Below are positions 1 to 9,292 of a stretch of 64,000 nucleotides of DNA, in pieces; position 1 is the stretch's first letter, and each line of letters begins with the position of its first letter. The notes beneath the pieces are model-generated. The model did not search any database and was not told the origin of the DNA. It saw only the letters and a program-made list of their open reading frames with translations. Origin of the DNA: Minisyncoccota bacterium (lineage in GTDB: Bacteria > Patescibacteriota > Minisyncoccia > Minisyncoccales > CSSED10-335); the NCBI GenBank assembly GCA_028701035.1, contig JAQVRO010000001.1, forward strand, positions 5,497 to 69,496, in the 5' to 3' direction. The position numbers were made by a program, and so were the translations under genes.

Positions 1-2162
1 TGCTCTTTGCTTAATGGCTCAAAAAGAACAACTGAACTAAAACGATTGATAAATTCGGGCTTAAATATTGATTCTTTAAAGAAATAATTTAAAAGCTCTA
101 ACTTTAAAGACTCGGAACTAACATTATCTTTCGCGCGCTCTAGTATTAAATTACTTCCAGCATTACTGGTTGCAATGATAATGCAATTTTTAAAATCAAC
201 TCTTTGCCCCATACCATCAGTAATACTACCCTCGTCTAATACCTGCAAAAACAAATTTAAAATATCCTTGTGTGCTTTTTCTAATTCGTCTAATAATATT
301 AAAGAAAATGGCTTTTGCTTAACTTGGCTAGTAAGCAACCCCTCACTTTTAGTAGATCCTATCAACCTCTCAATATCATTAAGTGTTTGAAATTCAGACA
401 TATCAATACGAATCATATTTCTCACATCTTTAAAGTAAACCTCGGCTAAAGCTTTGGCGGTTTGAGTTTTACCAACTCCGGTGGGGCCAATAAAAAGAAA
501 TGATCCGATTGGTTTGTCGTGTGAAGAAATATCAGAACGAGACCTTCTAAGAGCTGAAGATATTTCTTTAACAGCACTGTCTTGATTGATGAGCCTTTGA
601 TGAATCAACGATTCGAGATTAACTAAAATATCCTTTTCTTGAGTATCCATCGCCCCAACTGGAATATTCATTTTACGAGAAACTATTTTCCGAATATGCT
701 CAGGCAAAAGAGTCTTTTCATTAATTTGACTAATATACATCATCGCCTCGTCAAGTAAATCTAGGGCTTTTTTAGGAAATGGCTCTTCGGGAATATATCT
801 ATCTGAACAAATAACAATCTCTTTAATGGCTTGATAAGATATAATCTTTTTATACTTAAACTCCATATTAATAGATTGTCTTTGTAAAAACATTATTGTA
901 TCTTTTTGAGATAACTCGGGCACATCTACTTTTTCAAAATACGATCCAACCGAAGAATTATTACTAATAGTTCGATACCCCTTGTAGTCAGTAATACCAA
1001 CAATAGGAAAACTATCAAAGGGAAGATAACTTGCTAATACACCAGAGACATCAACCTTACCCGGCTTTGATTCTCCAGATAAAAAATTATGAATATCGTT
1101 GATAAACAATATTGTGTTATTAGAATTAACGACTTCTTGGAATATATGATCTAGGACATTTTCTAATTCTTCACCATTTTCTACTTTAGCTATTAAAAAT
1201 GGTAAATCTAGCTCAACCACTCTTTTATGATTAAGGCCAACTAAGCTCTCAGCATAAAAACTCTTTTTTGCTAGTGCACGCATTATACAAATCCTCCCCA
1301 CTCCGGCGTCCCCAACTAATAAAACATTATTAATCCCTCCTTTGGCTAAAATTCTCTCAGTTTCTTCTATTTGTTTTGCGTGACCAATAATATCAGGAAA
1401 GTCATTTCTTTTAAAATAATCGGTCCAATTGATAGAAAACTTATCAAGCATTATCGTATAACCTGATGCCCAATCCTTAGCTAAAGATCCTTTTTTGACT
1501 AAGTTTTCCCATTTCCAAAACTTGCTTTGATTCTCAGCCCTCTTACGCATCCTATATATCCAATTGAAAACATTGCGCACATCTTCGGAATCAATATCAT
1601 AATTCTTAAAAACTTCTTTAAGTATAAAATGATTTTCTGAGGCAAAAACCAAAACATCATTTTTTTTAATTTTCACTCCCCCTCTATTCTTAGATTCGTT
1701 TAGAGAACCCTCTAGTAGTTTCCAGATATCGTCGTTATCTTTGGTTGTCTTTAATAATGCTCGCACCTCTCTAATATCAATACCTAATCTTGAAAAGACA
1801 AAAACAAAATCACTGTCCTCTAGTAAGTTGTAGAGAAACTGGCAGGTATTAGTAGAAAATGATCTAGCAACATCAAAGCTAAATAGCTCGGCAATATTAC
1901 CATTGTCTACTATTTTTGGATATTTTAATTTTACATTAAAAAAATATTCAATTTGGAAAAACAACAAAAACAAAGAGAAAGATAAAAATATTAAAGAAAC
2001 AAAATTATCATCAACAATTAAAAAGTAGAAAAGAAATATCAAGAAAAGAAGTAAAGATATTGTCTTTAATAATCGTGCCTTTCTAAAGACAACAAAGCGA
2101 TTCATTTTTACCGCGCTGTATATCGAAGAATTAACCAAATTAAATTGTTCTTTTATTGCCAT
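1..2162 (-). CDS. Membrane-anchored ClpA/B/C-family AAA+ ATPase (3' end runs off the window; not in the ORF track)
   Basis: Manual translation from ATG at 2162 (MAIKEQFNL...). Hydrophobic N-terminal stretch. NBD1 NNVLLVGDAGVGRI / LFINDIH. NBD2 PIGSFLFIGPTGVGKT and LILLDELEKAH, with both Walker A motifs in the same frame. Confidence 0.9.
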   Translation of the reverse strand, partial: MAIKEQFNLVNSSIYSAVKMNRFVVFRKARLLKTISLLLFLIFLFYFLIVDDNFVSLIFLSFSLFLLFFQIEYFFNVKLKYPKIVDNGNIAELFSFDVARSFSTNTCQFLYNLLEDSDFVFVFSRLGIDIREVRALLKTTKDNDDIWKLLEGSLNESKNRGGVKIKKNDVLVFASENHFILKEVFKNYDIDSEDVRNVFNWIYRMRKRAENQSKFWKWENLVKKGSLAKDWASGYTIMLDKFSINWTDYFKRNDFPDIIGHAKQIEETERILAKGGINNVLLVGDAGVGRICIMRALAKKSFYAESLVGLNHKRVVELDLPFLIAKVENGEELENVLDHIFQEVVNSNNTILFINDIHNFLSGESKPGKVDVSGVLASYLPFDSFPIVGITDYKGYRTISNNSSVGSYFEKVDVPELSQKDTIMFLQRQSINMEFKYKKIISYQAIKEIVICSDRYIPEEPFPKKALDLLDEAMMYISQINEKTLLPEHIRKIVSRKMNIPVGAMDTQEKDILVNLESLIHQRLINQDSAVKEISSALRRSRSDISSHDKPIGSFLFIGPTGVGKTQTAKALAEVYFKDVRNMIRIDMSEFQTLNDIERLIGSTKSEGLLTSQVKQKPFSLILLDELEKAHKDILNLFLQVLDEGSITDGMGQRVDFKNCIIIATSNAGSNLILERAKDNVSSESLKLELLNYFFKESIFKPEFINRFSSVVLFEPLSKE

Positions 2163-2533
2163 ATTCCTAAAATAAAAGATAATATCATAATAAAAGGAAT
2201 TAGAATCCATGCCACGATTACTAAGCCACCCAAGAGAAACAAACTAAAACCAGAAACCACTCCAATAATAATTGTTAAAAACCTGACAAACCCACCCAGA
2301 ACCCGAGAGACAAAATTACCGAATAAAATATTAATATAATTCAATGGACCTGAGCTTCTTTCGTGAAACCAATTATAATTATGCCAATAGCAAAACATTG
2401 TTTTAAAAAGAAATCCAATAGAAAAGAAATTAAAGTTGAAAACAAGAATATCTTTAAAGGTTTTAATTATGAAAAAAGGGGCATCAACTAAATACCATTC
2501 AAACCAATTTATGATTATACTTTTTGATTTCAT
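2153..2533 (-). CDS. Small membrane protein overlapping the start of the Clp ATPase
   Basis: 126-aa ORF with hydrophobic C-terminal helices; overlaps the Clp start by 10 nt. Confidence 0.75.
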   Translation of the reverse strand: MKSKSIIINWFEWYLVDAPFFIIKTFKDILVFNFNFFSIGFLFKTMFCYWHNYNWFHERSSGPLNYINILFGNFVSRVLGGFVRFLTIIIGVVSGFSLFLLGGLVIVAWILIPFIMILSFILGIWQ

Positions 2534-2566
2534 ATACTTAAAATCATTATACTTATTTTAAGGGTA

Positions 2567-2594
2567 TTGACAAGAAAATCATCTTTCTTATAAT
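2567..2594 (+). promoter_or_regulatory. Sigma70-type promoter
   Basis: TTGACA (2567-2572), 16-nt spacer, TATAAT (2589-2594), upstream of the ORF at 2648. Confidence 0.75.
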
Positions 2595-2647
2595 GGCTCT
2601 TGTAAAGATAAAAGGTCGAAAACTACCTTTTTTAAAATAATAAAAAT

Positions 2648-2815
2648 ATGGTTATTGAAAAAACAATTATGCCACTTGTGGCACAAGACGAAGACGAGTT
2701 AGATGAAATAGAAGAAGATTTAGTAGAAGATGACATGGACGATGATTTACTAGATGATGATATTGACGATATAGAAGAGATAGAAGACGACCTCGAAGAC
2801 ATCACTGAAGAATAA
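2648..2815 (+). CDS. 55-aa hyperacidic small protein (not in the ORF track)
   Basis: MVIEKTIMPLVAQDEDELDEIEEDLVEDDMDDDLLDDDIDDIEEIEDDLEDITEE*; 30 of 55 residues are D/E; flanked by a promoter and a terminator. Confidence 0.75.
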   Translation: MVIEKTIMPLVAQDEDELDEIEEDLVEDDMDDDLLDDDIDDIEEIEDDLEDITEE

Positions 2816-2817
2816 TT

Positions 2818-2844
2818 AAAAGACCGCCAAAAGGCGGTCTTTTT
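2818..2844 (+). terminator. Intrinsic terminator (possibly bidirectional)
   Basis: AAAAGACCGCC-AAAA-GGCGGTCTTTTT hairpin with T-tail, between convergent genes. Confidence 0.8.
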
Positions 2845-2967
2845 ATAACCCAGGGAATTGATACAAAAATAACCAGATAACAACAACGGCAACAATAATT
2901 ATAATTATGTAATCACTAATATTCATACTTTAATAATATCAATTGTATTATAAAAAAACAAGAGGGT

Positions 2968-3876
2968 TTAAAAATTACCCTCCTTTATTTTGTATTTATC
3001 TTTTGAAACATAGATCTCAAACTTTGCTCCTTTACCATGCTCGCCTACTTCTCTGATAGAGATCCCTGTTATTGATAGAATCTCCTTGCAGAGGAAAAGG
3101 CCAAGCCCGGTGTTCTTGCCGAAACCTTTATGAAATATCCTTTCTTTATCAATATCAGGAACTCCGCATCCATCATCCAACCAAGTTATGACAAGGCCTT
3201 GATCGGACTCTTTGCATTTAATACAGACCTTAGTAGCAAGGCCATGCCTTCTACTGTTATCCAGTAAGTTATAAAAAACCTTACTAATCATAGGGTCGGC
3301 ATATATTTCTATGTTGCGACAATCATATCGTATATTTCCACGAAGATTTAATATAGTGCTCTCAAGAGAAACCCATGACAGGTCCTTACCTAAGTCGTCA
3401 TAGGCCCGAGTAAATTCAACAATCTCCTGAATTCCAGAGATTGATCTAGAGACTTCTTTAAGATACCTTGAAGAAGTCTCGTCAAGGGTATCTTCTCTTA
3501 TAAAATGAAGATACCCATTGGCTGCCATGATATAATTTAAAATATCATGGCGAGTGATTTGGGATAGAATCTGCAACTTTTCATTAGCAGACCTAAGAAC
3601 CTTTCCAAGCCTCTTCTTCTCTGTCATATCTTTAACAGAGATGATCACCTCCGACTCCGATGGAAAAACTCTTATATCAAAGATTTCTCCATTTAACTCA
3701 TACTCAACAAGTTCTGATTGTTGAGCGCGAACAACTCTTGCAACAACCTCTAAGGCCATCGCGAGATCGCCCTCCGGAATAATATCCGAAAGATGTTTTC
3801 CAACAATCGGTTCATTGGAAACCATTTTTACAATGTTTCCCGCTTCGTCAGTAATAATCACAATGTCCATAAACAT
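2968..3876 (-). CDS. PAS-domain sensor histidine kinase, orphan
   Basis: H-box ITRHDILN, N-box VFYNLLDNSRRHG, G1 DDGCGV, G2 GFGKNTGLGL, N-terminal PAS-like region. Start uncertain (3918, 3876 or 3870); GGGGA precedes 3876. Confidence 0.88.
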   Translation of the reverse strand: MFMDIVIITDEAGNIVKMVSNEPIVGKHLSDIIPEGDLAMALEVVARVVRAQQSELVEYELNGEIFDIRVFPSESEVIISVKDMTEKKRLGKVLRSANEKLQILSQITRHDILNYIMAANGYLHFIREDTLDETSSRYLKEVSRSISGIQEIVEFTRAYDDLGKDLSWVSLESTILNLRGNIRYDCRNIEIYADPMISKVFYNLLDNSRRHGLATKVCIKCKESDQGLVITWLDDGCGVPDIDKERIFHKGFGKNTGLGLFLCKEILSITGISIREVGEHGKGAKFEIYVSKDKYKIKEGNF

Positions 3877-3940
3877 TCCCCGCACCAAATTGTAAAAGTG
3901 CTGGCAATAGAATGCCATATAAGATCGTTTTTGTAAAGGG

Positions 3941-4012
3941 TGAGTCCAGATGGATTTGAACCATCGACCTTTCGGATGTGAACCGAACGCTCTGCCCCTG
4001 AGCTATGGACTC
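3941..4012 (-). tRNA. tRNA-Val(CAC)
   Basis: Cloverleaf GAGTCCA..GCTC/GAGC..TTCGG-TT-CAC-AT-CCGAA..GATGG-TTCAAAT-CCATC-TGGACTC-A; CCA not encoded. Confidence 0.93.
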
Positions 4013-4079
4013 CTCGATATCCTTATATAATAAAAAGAAGGATTGCACAATATTTTAAAAAGTACTATAATACCTCATT

Positions 4080-5765
4080 ATGCAAATATTTGAATTTCAA
4101 TTTAATCCCAAAGTAAAAACCAAGAAGGTTGAGAACCTTTTTCAAGAGTTTGAATCAAGCGAACGCAACCTATATATTATTGGTGATCAAAAAAGAATCA
4201 TTCCCGGAAATGAAAAATTCTTAGCCAATATTATTAGAATGATAAAAGATGAATACGCTCTTAATGAACCAGAGAGTCACGAAAAAGCACTTCAAGAATG
4301 TTTGGTTAAAATAAACGATTACTTTAAAATTGAAATAGCTAGAGACAATATTGGCTGGATGGGTAATTTAAATCTAGTAATAGTTTCTCAATACAAAGAA
4401 GAGATCCATTTAACTAAAATGGGTAAATCAAAAGTTTATCTTTTAAAATATGAGAGTTATTCAGAATTAAATAATAAAAACAAAAAGGACTCTAGCTTTT
4501 TTGGAAGTATAATTTCTGGCAGAATGGTCTATGGCGACAGGTTGTGCGTTATATCAGAAGAATTAAACAAAATAATAGAAAAAAAGAAGGTATTAGAAGA
4601 AATAACTAAACTACCTTTCTTAGATCAAAAAATTGTAGACGAAATAATAGAACCTATTAAGAAAGATTTAGGTAAATCATCCGGCACATTCTTCCTCCTA
4701 GATAGTAAAGATAGCCCTAAGAAAAAAAATACATTAATGGAAGAGATAGAAATAGATTTTTCAATCAAAGAACTATACTATAGCATTAAAAGATTTGTTG
4801 ATAAAAAAACAAAGAAAACTCCAAAAATTGGGATTAACGAAGATCTTAAAAATCTCTTAAAGCCACTAATTGCCCTAGGATTGATACTATTAGTAGGATC
4901 TTTTGTTTTTGATAAAGAAGAAAAAGAAATAGTTAAAGAGCTAACCGTAGAAGAAAAGCTAGCTCAAATTGATATAACCAAAGAAGAATCTCTTCCTCTA
5001 TTAGCTGAATTGTATAATGAAGCGGACGACGAAACTGCCACAGAAATTCAAGAAATAATTGATTCTATGGCTAAGATATATAGAATTAATGATATTAGCA
5101 AATCAAAAGATTTTGAAGAAAATGTATCTAAAATACTTTTAAACAAATACGGCTATGACAACAACTTAGTAATATCTAGTAAAAAATATGAATCTAGTTT
5201 TCCAATAGATTTAGTGTTTGAGTTTCAAAACAGAATTCTTTTATTCTCTAAGCCAAACAAATTATTAGAGCTAAAGGATGATAAAATCACAGAACTAAAA
5301 CAACTTGAAATAGAAGCTCCCAATAACCCAACCCCCTATCTAAATAATATATACTTCACTAACAATAAAGAGATAATAAAATACGATTTAAATAATTATA
5401 CCAATTGGCTAAAATCTCCATTAAAACAATCGACCGACATTATTTCAATGTCAGTCGATGGTCATATTTGGATTTTAGATCAAGAGAATAAAATATCTAA
5501 ATATTATCTTGGCGAACATAGGGCAGATATTAATTTAAACATATTCCCAAGCTCTAAAAACTTTATTCAGATTTTAACTTCTACACAAACCGATTATATT
5601 TTTGCCTTAGATTCACTACATAATAGAATTATTGTAGCAGATAAAGACGGAAAATTAGTTAAACAAATTTGGAGCGAAAAATTTAACAACCTGAAACACA
5701 TCCAAATATCTAACAACAAACTATATATCTTAAACGAAAATACTGTTTACGAAACAACTATTTAA
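4080..5765 (+). CDS. Hypothetical membrane protein (possible PP2C-like N-domain, one TM helix, beta-propeller-like C-domain)
   Basis: 561-aa ORF; [17 protein letters not shown]; C-terminal repeats such as DGHIWILD and [15 protein letters not shown] resemble NHL blades. Confidence 0.65.
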   Translation: MQIFEFQFNPKVKTKKVENLFQEFESSERNLYIIGDQKRIIPGNEKFLANIIRMIKDEYALNEPESHEKALQECLVKINDYFKIEIARDNIGWMGNLNLVIVSQYKEEIHLTKMGKSKVYLLKYESYSELNNKNKKDSSFFGSIISGRMVYGDRLCVISEELNKIIEKKKVLEEITKLPFLDQKIVDEIIEPIKKDLGKSSGTFFLLDSKDSPKKKNTLMEEIEIDFSIKELYYSIKRFVDKKTKKTPKIGINEDLKNLLKPLIALGLILLVGSFVFDKEEKEIVKELTVEEKLAQIDITKEESLPLLAELYNEADDETATEIQEIIDSMAKIYRINDISKSKDFEENVSKILLNKYGYDNNLVISSKKYESSFPIDLVFEFQNRILLFSKPNKLLELKDDKITELKQLEIEAPNNPTPYLNNIYFTNNKEIIKYDLNNYTNWLKSPLKQSTDIISMSVDGHIWILDQENKISKYYLGEHRADINLNIFPSSKNFIQILTSTQTDYIFALDSLHNRIIVADKDGKLVKQIWSEKFNNLKHIQISNNKLYILNENTVYETTI

Positions 5766-6183
5766 GTGTAATTGTAGCACCAGCTGCTTCAAACTTCTTC
5801 TTCATTTCTTCGGCATCTTCTTTACCGAGTCCCTCAGAAACAATTTGAGGTGAACCTGCTGCCTCGTCAACTAAATCTTTAGCTTCTTTAAGGCCTTTTC
5901 CGGTAACATCTCTTACTACTTTAATTACCTCAATCTTTTTGTCTCCGATAGCGCTAAGCTCAACATTAAATGAGCTCTTTTCTTCGGCGCCTGCACCAGC
6001 ATCACCAGCTACAGGAGCGGCGGCAACAGCCATAGGCATAGATGCAGAAACTCCAAACTTTTTCTCTAAAACCTTTACAAGCTCTGAAAGATCTAAAACC
6101 GACATATTAGCGATCTCGTCTACGATTTTAGCAAATTTCTCAGGAACTTGAACTTCCTCATCTTTCTTTATTTCTTCTGACAT
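5758..6183 (-). CDS. rplL: 50S ribosomal protein L7/L12
   Basis: [41 protein letters not shown]; start moved to MSEEIKK. Confidence 0.97.
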   Translation of the reverse strand: MSEEIKKDEEVQVPEKFAKIVDEIANMSVLDLSELVKVLEKKFGVSASMPMAVAAAPVAGDAGAGAEEKSSFNVELSAIGDKKIEVIKVVRDVTGKGLKEAKDLVDEAAGSPQIVSEGLGKEDAEEMKKKFEAAGATITLK

Positions 6184-6208
6184 TTTTTTAAAAGCCAAAT
6201 CTTATTTC

Positions 6209-6721
6209 TTAGGATTTAACTTGTTTAAGTGTGTAAATTAAACCTTTAATATTTCCCTCCAATACAGTGGCAAAACCAGAAATTGGAGCTTGGATTGTTC
6301 CAACCAATTGAGCCAAAAGTTCTTCCCTTGTAGGAAGCTTAGCTAATGCTAATACTTGCTCTTCAGATATTGCACTGCCATCCATAAACCCACTCACTAT
6401 TTTAAGGTTTGGATTTTCTTTAGAGAAATTATATGCAATCTTAGCTGGAGAAACTGGATCAGAAAAACCAAAAACAACACCAACTTCTTCTTTAAGGCTC
6501 TTGGCATCAATATCAATTTCGTTGTTTTTAAAAGCAACATTCATTAATGTCTTCTTAAAAACCGTAAACCCGGCATCGCTCTTTCTAAGCTCGCCTCTTA
6601 ATTCGGATATTTCATCCATTTTAAGACCTTTGAAGTTTACAAAAACCATTGCTTTTTGTTTCTTGATCTTACCATCTAAATCTTTAACTATCTCTTGTTT
6701 TCTTTCTTTGGTTAAAGGCAT
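6209..6721 (-). CDS. rplJ: 50S ribosomal protein L10
   Basis: LRGELRK..FTVFKKTL, LAKLPTREELLAQLVG; upstream of rplL. Confidence 0.97.
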   Translation of the reverse strand: MPLTKERKQEIVKDLDGKIKKQKAMVFVNFKGLKMDEISELRGELRKSDAGFTVFKKTLMNVAFKNNEIDIDAKSLKEEVGVVFGFSDPVSPAKIAYNFSKENPNLKIVSGFMDGSAISEEQVLALAKLPTREELLAQLVGTIQAPISGFATVLEGNIKGLIYTLKQVKS

Positions 6722-6744
6722 ATTTTGTGTAATAAAAAACTACG

Positions 6745-6820
6745 TAAATACACGCAGGCAAAAGGACGACCTTTTAAGATTATACCTCGAGAGGATTTAT
6801 ACACCTCTTGTCTGCGGTAA
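6745..6820 (-). promoter_or_regulatory. L10 leader (autoregulatory RNA)
   Basis: Minus strand CCGCAGACAAGAGG-TGTATAAA-TCCTCTCGAGG resembles the L10-leader core; directly upstream of rplJ. Confidence 0.7.
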
Positions 6821-6838
6821 TTGAACAATATCAACTTT

Positions 6839-7354
6839 TTACTTTTTAGTCAAGAGACTTACAACCTCTACCCCAAACTCTTCTGCTACATCAGGCCCAT
6901 TAGCAGTAATAATATTACCGTCAACCACAACATCCTTATCTTCAAATATTGCTCCGTTTTCAGATAATGTCTTAATTGGACTTTTGTCCATATTAGATGA
7001 CCAAACAGTTGCCCTCTTATTTTTCAAAATCCCCGCTTTGGCTAGTATTATAGGAGATATGCATATTGCTCCTATTATCTTTGCCTTGTTAATCAGATTA
7101 TATGAAATATCATTATCTAGATTACCCAAACATCCAGATCCACCAGCAAAAACCAAAGCATCAAAATCATTCATATTAACTTCGCTAATTAATTGGTGTA
7201 TCTCTACCTCTCCCCCACTAACACCTAGCGCTATTCCTTTAGCATTACTAGCTGTAGCAACACTAAAACCATTATTCTCAAAGACTTCTTTGGGAATAAA
7301 ATACTCCTCGTCTTTAAAATTGTTATAGGCAATTACAAATAGTATTTTTTTCAT
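6839..7354 (-). CDS. DJ-1/PfpI family protein
   Basis: FKDEEY, DALVFAGG, GAICISP, VVVDGNIITANGP. Confidence 0.92.
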   Translation of the reverse strand: MKKILFVIAYNNFKDEEYFIPKEVFENNGFSVATASNAKGIALGVSGGEVEIHQLISEVNMNDFDALVFAGGSGCLGNLDNDISYNLINKAKIIGAICISPIILAKAGILKNKRATVWSSNMDKSPIKTLSENGAIFEDKDVVVDGNIITANGPDVAEEFGVEVVSLLTKK

Positions 7355-8289
7355 TTTAAATATTTATTCTTAGCTTGTATATGCTCGTCAAAAGTTTTAC
7401 TAAAAACAGTTTCGCCATCTGGCTTAGAAAGATAAAAGAAGTATTCGCTATCTTTGGGATATATCGCCGCCTTGATACTATTAAGCCCCGGATTAGATAT
7501 TGGGCCAATTGGCAAGCCACGATTAATATATGTGTTATAGGGAGACTCTATCTTTGTTTCTTCGGTAGAAACTTGAACACTCTTTTTGCCAGTGATATAT
7601 ACTATCGTAGCACAAGATTGAAGTGGCGTTCCATATTCAATTCTTTTCCATAAAATCCCCGAAACTAATGCCATATCTTCGGAGCTTCTAACTTCTTTCT
7701 CAATAATTGACGCCATTGTAATAATCTCAAAGAGACTTTTATCCGCCATATCACTTCTCATCTCTTCAGTAATCTTGCTATTAAAGTTATCAATCATTAT
7801 CTTGATAATCTCTTTTTCAGAATAACTATAAGGAATGTTATAGGTGTCTGGAAAAAGATAACCTTCTAGGTTCTGACTATTAACTAAAGATAAAAAGTTG
7901 TCTTTATCAAAGTTATCTATTGTTTGAGATAAATATCCAGCAATATCATTTTTATTCCAACCCTCAATAATAGTAATCTTTTGATCAACCACATTGCCCG
8001 AATAAAGCAAATTAACCATATCAACAACCGTCACTGGATCTTTAATAAGATAATGACCAGCTTTAAGCTGACTCCCCTTGCCCGAAACAAAAGCACAAAT
8101 ATTAAAAAAATAGTGGTGCCAGATTAGATCTTCTTGGTATAGCTTTAATCCAATATTCTTTACTCCCTCACCGGGCAAGACAACAAAAAGAACATCGCCA
8201 TTATGTTCTTTTGAAGAATAAAAACCGAAGAGAAGAGAAATACTAATTATTAATATTAAAAAGAAGAAAATATATTTAATAAAATGCAT
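7351..8289 (-). CDS. mltG: Endolytic transglycosylase MltG
   Basis: LEGYLFPDTY, MASIIEKE, SPYNTY..GLPIGPISNPG. Confidence 0.93.
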   Translation of the reverse strand: MHFIKYIFFFLILIISISLLFGFYSSKEHNGDVLFVVLPGEGVKNIGLKLYQEDLIWHHYFFNICAFVSGKGSQLKAGHYLIKDPVTVVDMVNLLYSGNVVDQKITIIEGWNKNDIAGYLSQTIDNFDKDNFLSLVNSQNLEGYLFPDTYNIPYSYSEKEIIKIMIDNFNSKITEEMRSDMADKSLFEIITMASIIEKEVRSSEDMALVSGILWKRIEYGTPLQSCATIVYITGKKSVQVSTEETKIESPYNTYINRGLPIGPISNPGLNSIKAAIYPKDSEYFFYLSKPDGETVFSKTFDEHIQAKNKYLK

Positions 8290-8750
8290 TAGTTAAAAAT
8301 CTTCTTAATTTTATCGACTAAAGAAATATAATCAATAATCAATGTGCCGTTTAAGTGATCTATCTCGTGTTGTATGATTCTAGCCTCTAGGCCCTCTAGA
8401 TCGCACTCAATAGTATTTCCTTCAATGTCTAAAAATCTAACTCGCACATAGGTTGGTCTTTTAACATTAACTAATTGATCTGGAAGACTAAGACAACCCT
8501 CCTCAACAATATCTTTTTCGGATCCCCTTTCAAGAATAATTGGATTAATAAAAGGAACTATTTCGTTATCTTCAAACCTTACAAGAACCAATCTTTTTAA
8601 AACACCAACTTGAGGGGCAGCCAAACCCGCTCCACGCTCCAAATCAATTACATCTACCATTTGATCAACTAAATCCCGAATACTCCCATCTATTTCTAAG
8701 ACAGGTTCTGACTTCTGACGCAAAAACTTTAAATCTTTTCTTACCTCCAT
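8289..8750 (-). CDS. def: Peptide deformylase
   Basis: GAGLAAPQVG, EGCLS, QHEIDHLNG. Confidence 0.96.
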   Translation of the reverse strand: MEVRKDLKFLRQKSEPVLEIDGSIRDLVDQMVDVIDLERGAGLAAPQVGVLKRLVLVRFEDNEIVPFINPIILERGSEKDIVEEGCLSLPDQLVNVKRPTYVRVRFLDIEGNTIECDLEGLEARIIQHEIDHLNGTLIIDYISLVDKIKKIFN

Positions 8751-8751
8751 G

Positions 8752-8822
8752 CGGGTCCGCCCTGATTCGAACAGAGAACTTTGCTTTTGGAGAGCAAAAT
8801 TATGCCATTTAACTACGAACCC
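8752..8822 (-). tRNA. tRNA-Trp(CCA)
   Basis: GGGTTCG acceptor / CGGACCC-G; anticodon arm TTGCT-CTCCAAA-AGCAA; T-loop TTCGAAT. Confidence 0.88.
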
Positions 8823-8879
8823 AAATCAAAATCAAATTCAAAATGGAATTTGAAATCTTATTCTTCTAAATTAAGCAAA

Positions 8880-9053
8880 CTATTTCTTAGTTTCTTTGTG
8901 TGGCTTGTGGCCTCTGCACCAAGAACAAAACTTGCTCAATTCAAGCTTTTTTTCAATGTCCTGACCCTTGGATTTCTTAACTGAATAGTTAACTCTCTTG
9001 CAAGCGCCACATTGAAGCTTAACATATGCTTTCTTTTTTGATTTTGTAGCCAT
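8880..9053 (-). CDS. rpmG: 50S ribosomal protein L33, Zn-binding type (not in the ORF track)
   Basis: MATKSKKKAYVKLQCGACKRVNYSVKK...LELSKFCSWCRGHKPHKETKK; two CxxC motifs. Confidence 0.93.
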   Translation of the reverse strand: MATKSKKKAYVKLQCGACKRVNYSVKKSKGQDIEKKLELSKFCSWCRGHKPHKETKK

Positions 9054-9066
9054 ATTTTTAATACTG

Positions 9067-9138
<72 letters not shown>

Positions 9139-9145
9139 AATAGTG

Positions 9146-9228
9146 TGGGTAGAGAGGGATTTGAACCCCCGTAGCCCGAAGGCGCCAGATTTACAGTCTG
9201 GTGCGATTGACCGCTCCGCCATCTACCC
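9146..9228 (-). tRNA. tRNA-Tyr(GTA)
   Basis: GGGTAGA..CCAGA-CT-GTA-AA-TCTGG, long variable arm, TTCAAAT. Confidence 0.94.
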
Positions 9229-9292
9229 AACATTGTCAATAATTAGCAACAACGGATTTTATACTACCATAAAACATTAATTTTTCAATACA

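Noticed and set aside
2632-2895. Ser-rich 87-aa minus-strand ORF
   Set aside because: Antisense shadow of the acidic plus-strand ORF, which has the promoter and terminator.
3965-3972. Fifth AAAGGTCG motif upstream of the kinase
   Set aside because: It is part of the tRNA-Val anticodon stem and variable loop, so it was not counted as a leader motif.
3848-4048. 66-aa ORF in the ORF track
   Set aside because: It overlaps tRNA-Val and the kinase start; spurious.
8752-8822. Alternative genetic code (TGA recoding)
   Set aside because: alaS and dprA end at TGA at their expected C-termini and long ORFs are uninterrupted under code 11.
8781-8984. 67-aa plus-strand ORF, and the many other short ORFs antisense to housekeeping genes
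   Set aside because: They overlap tRNA-Trp, rpmG or well-supported genes on the other strand and have no motifs.
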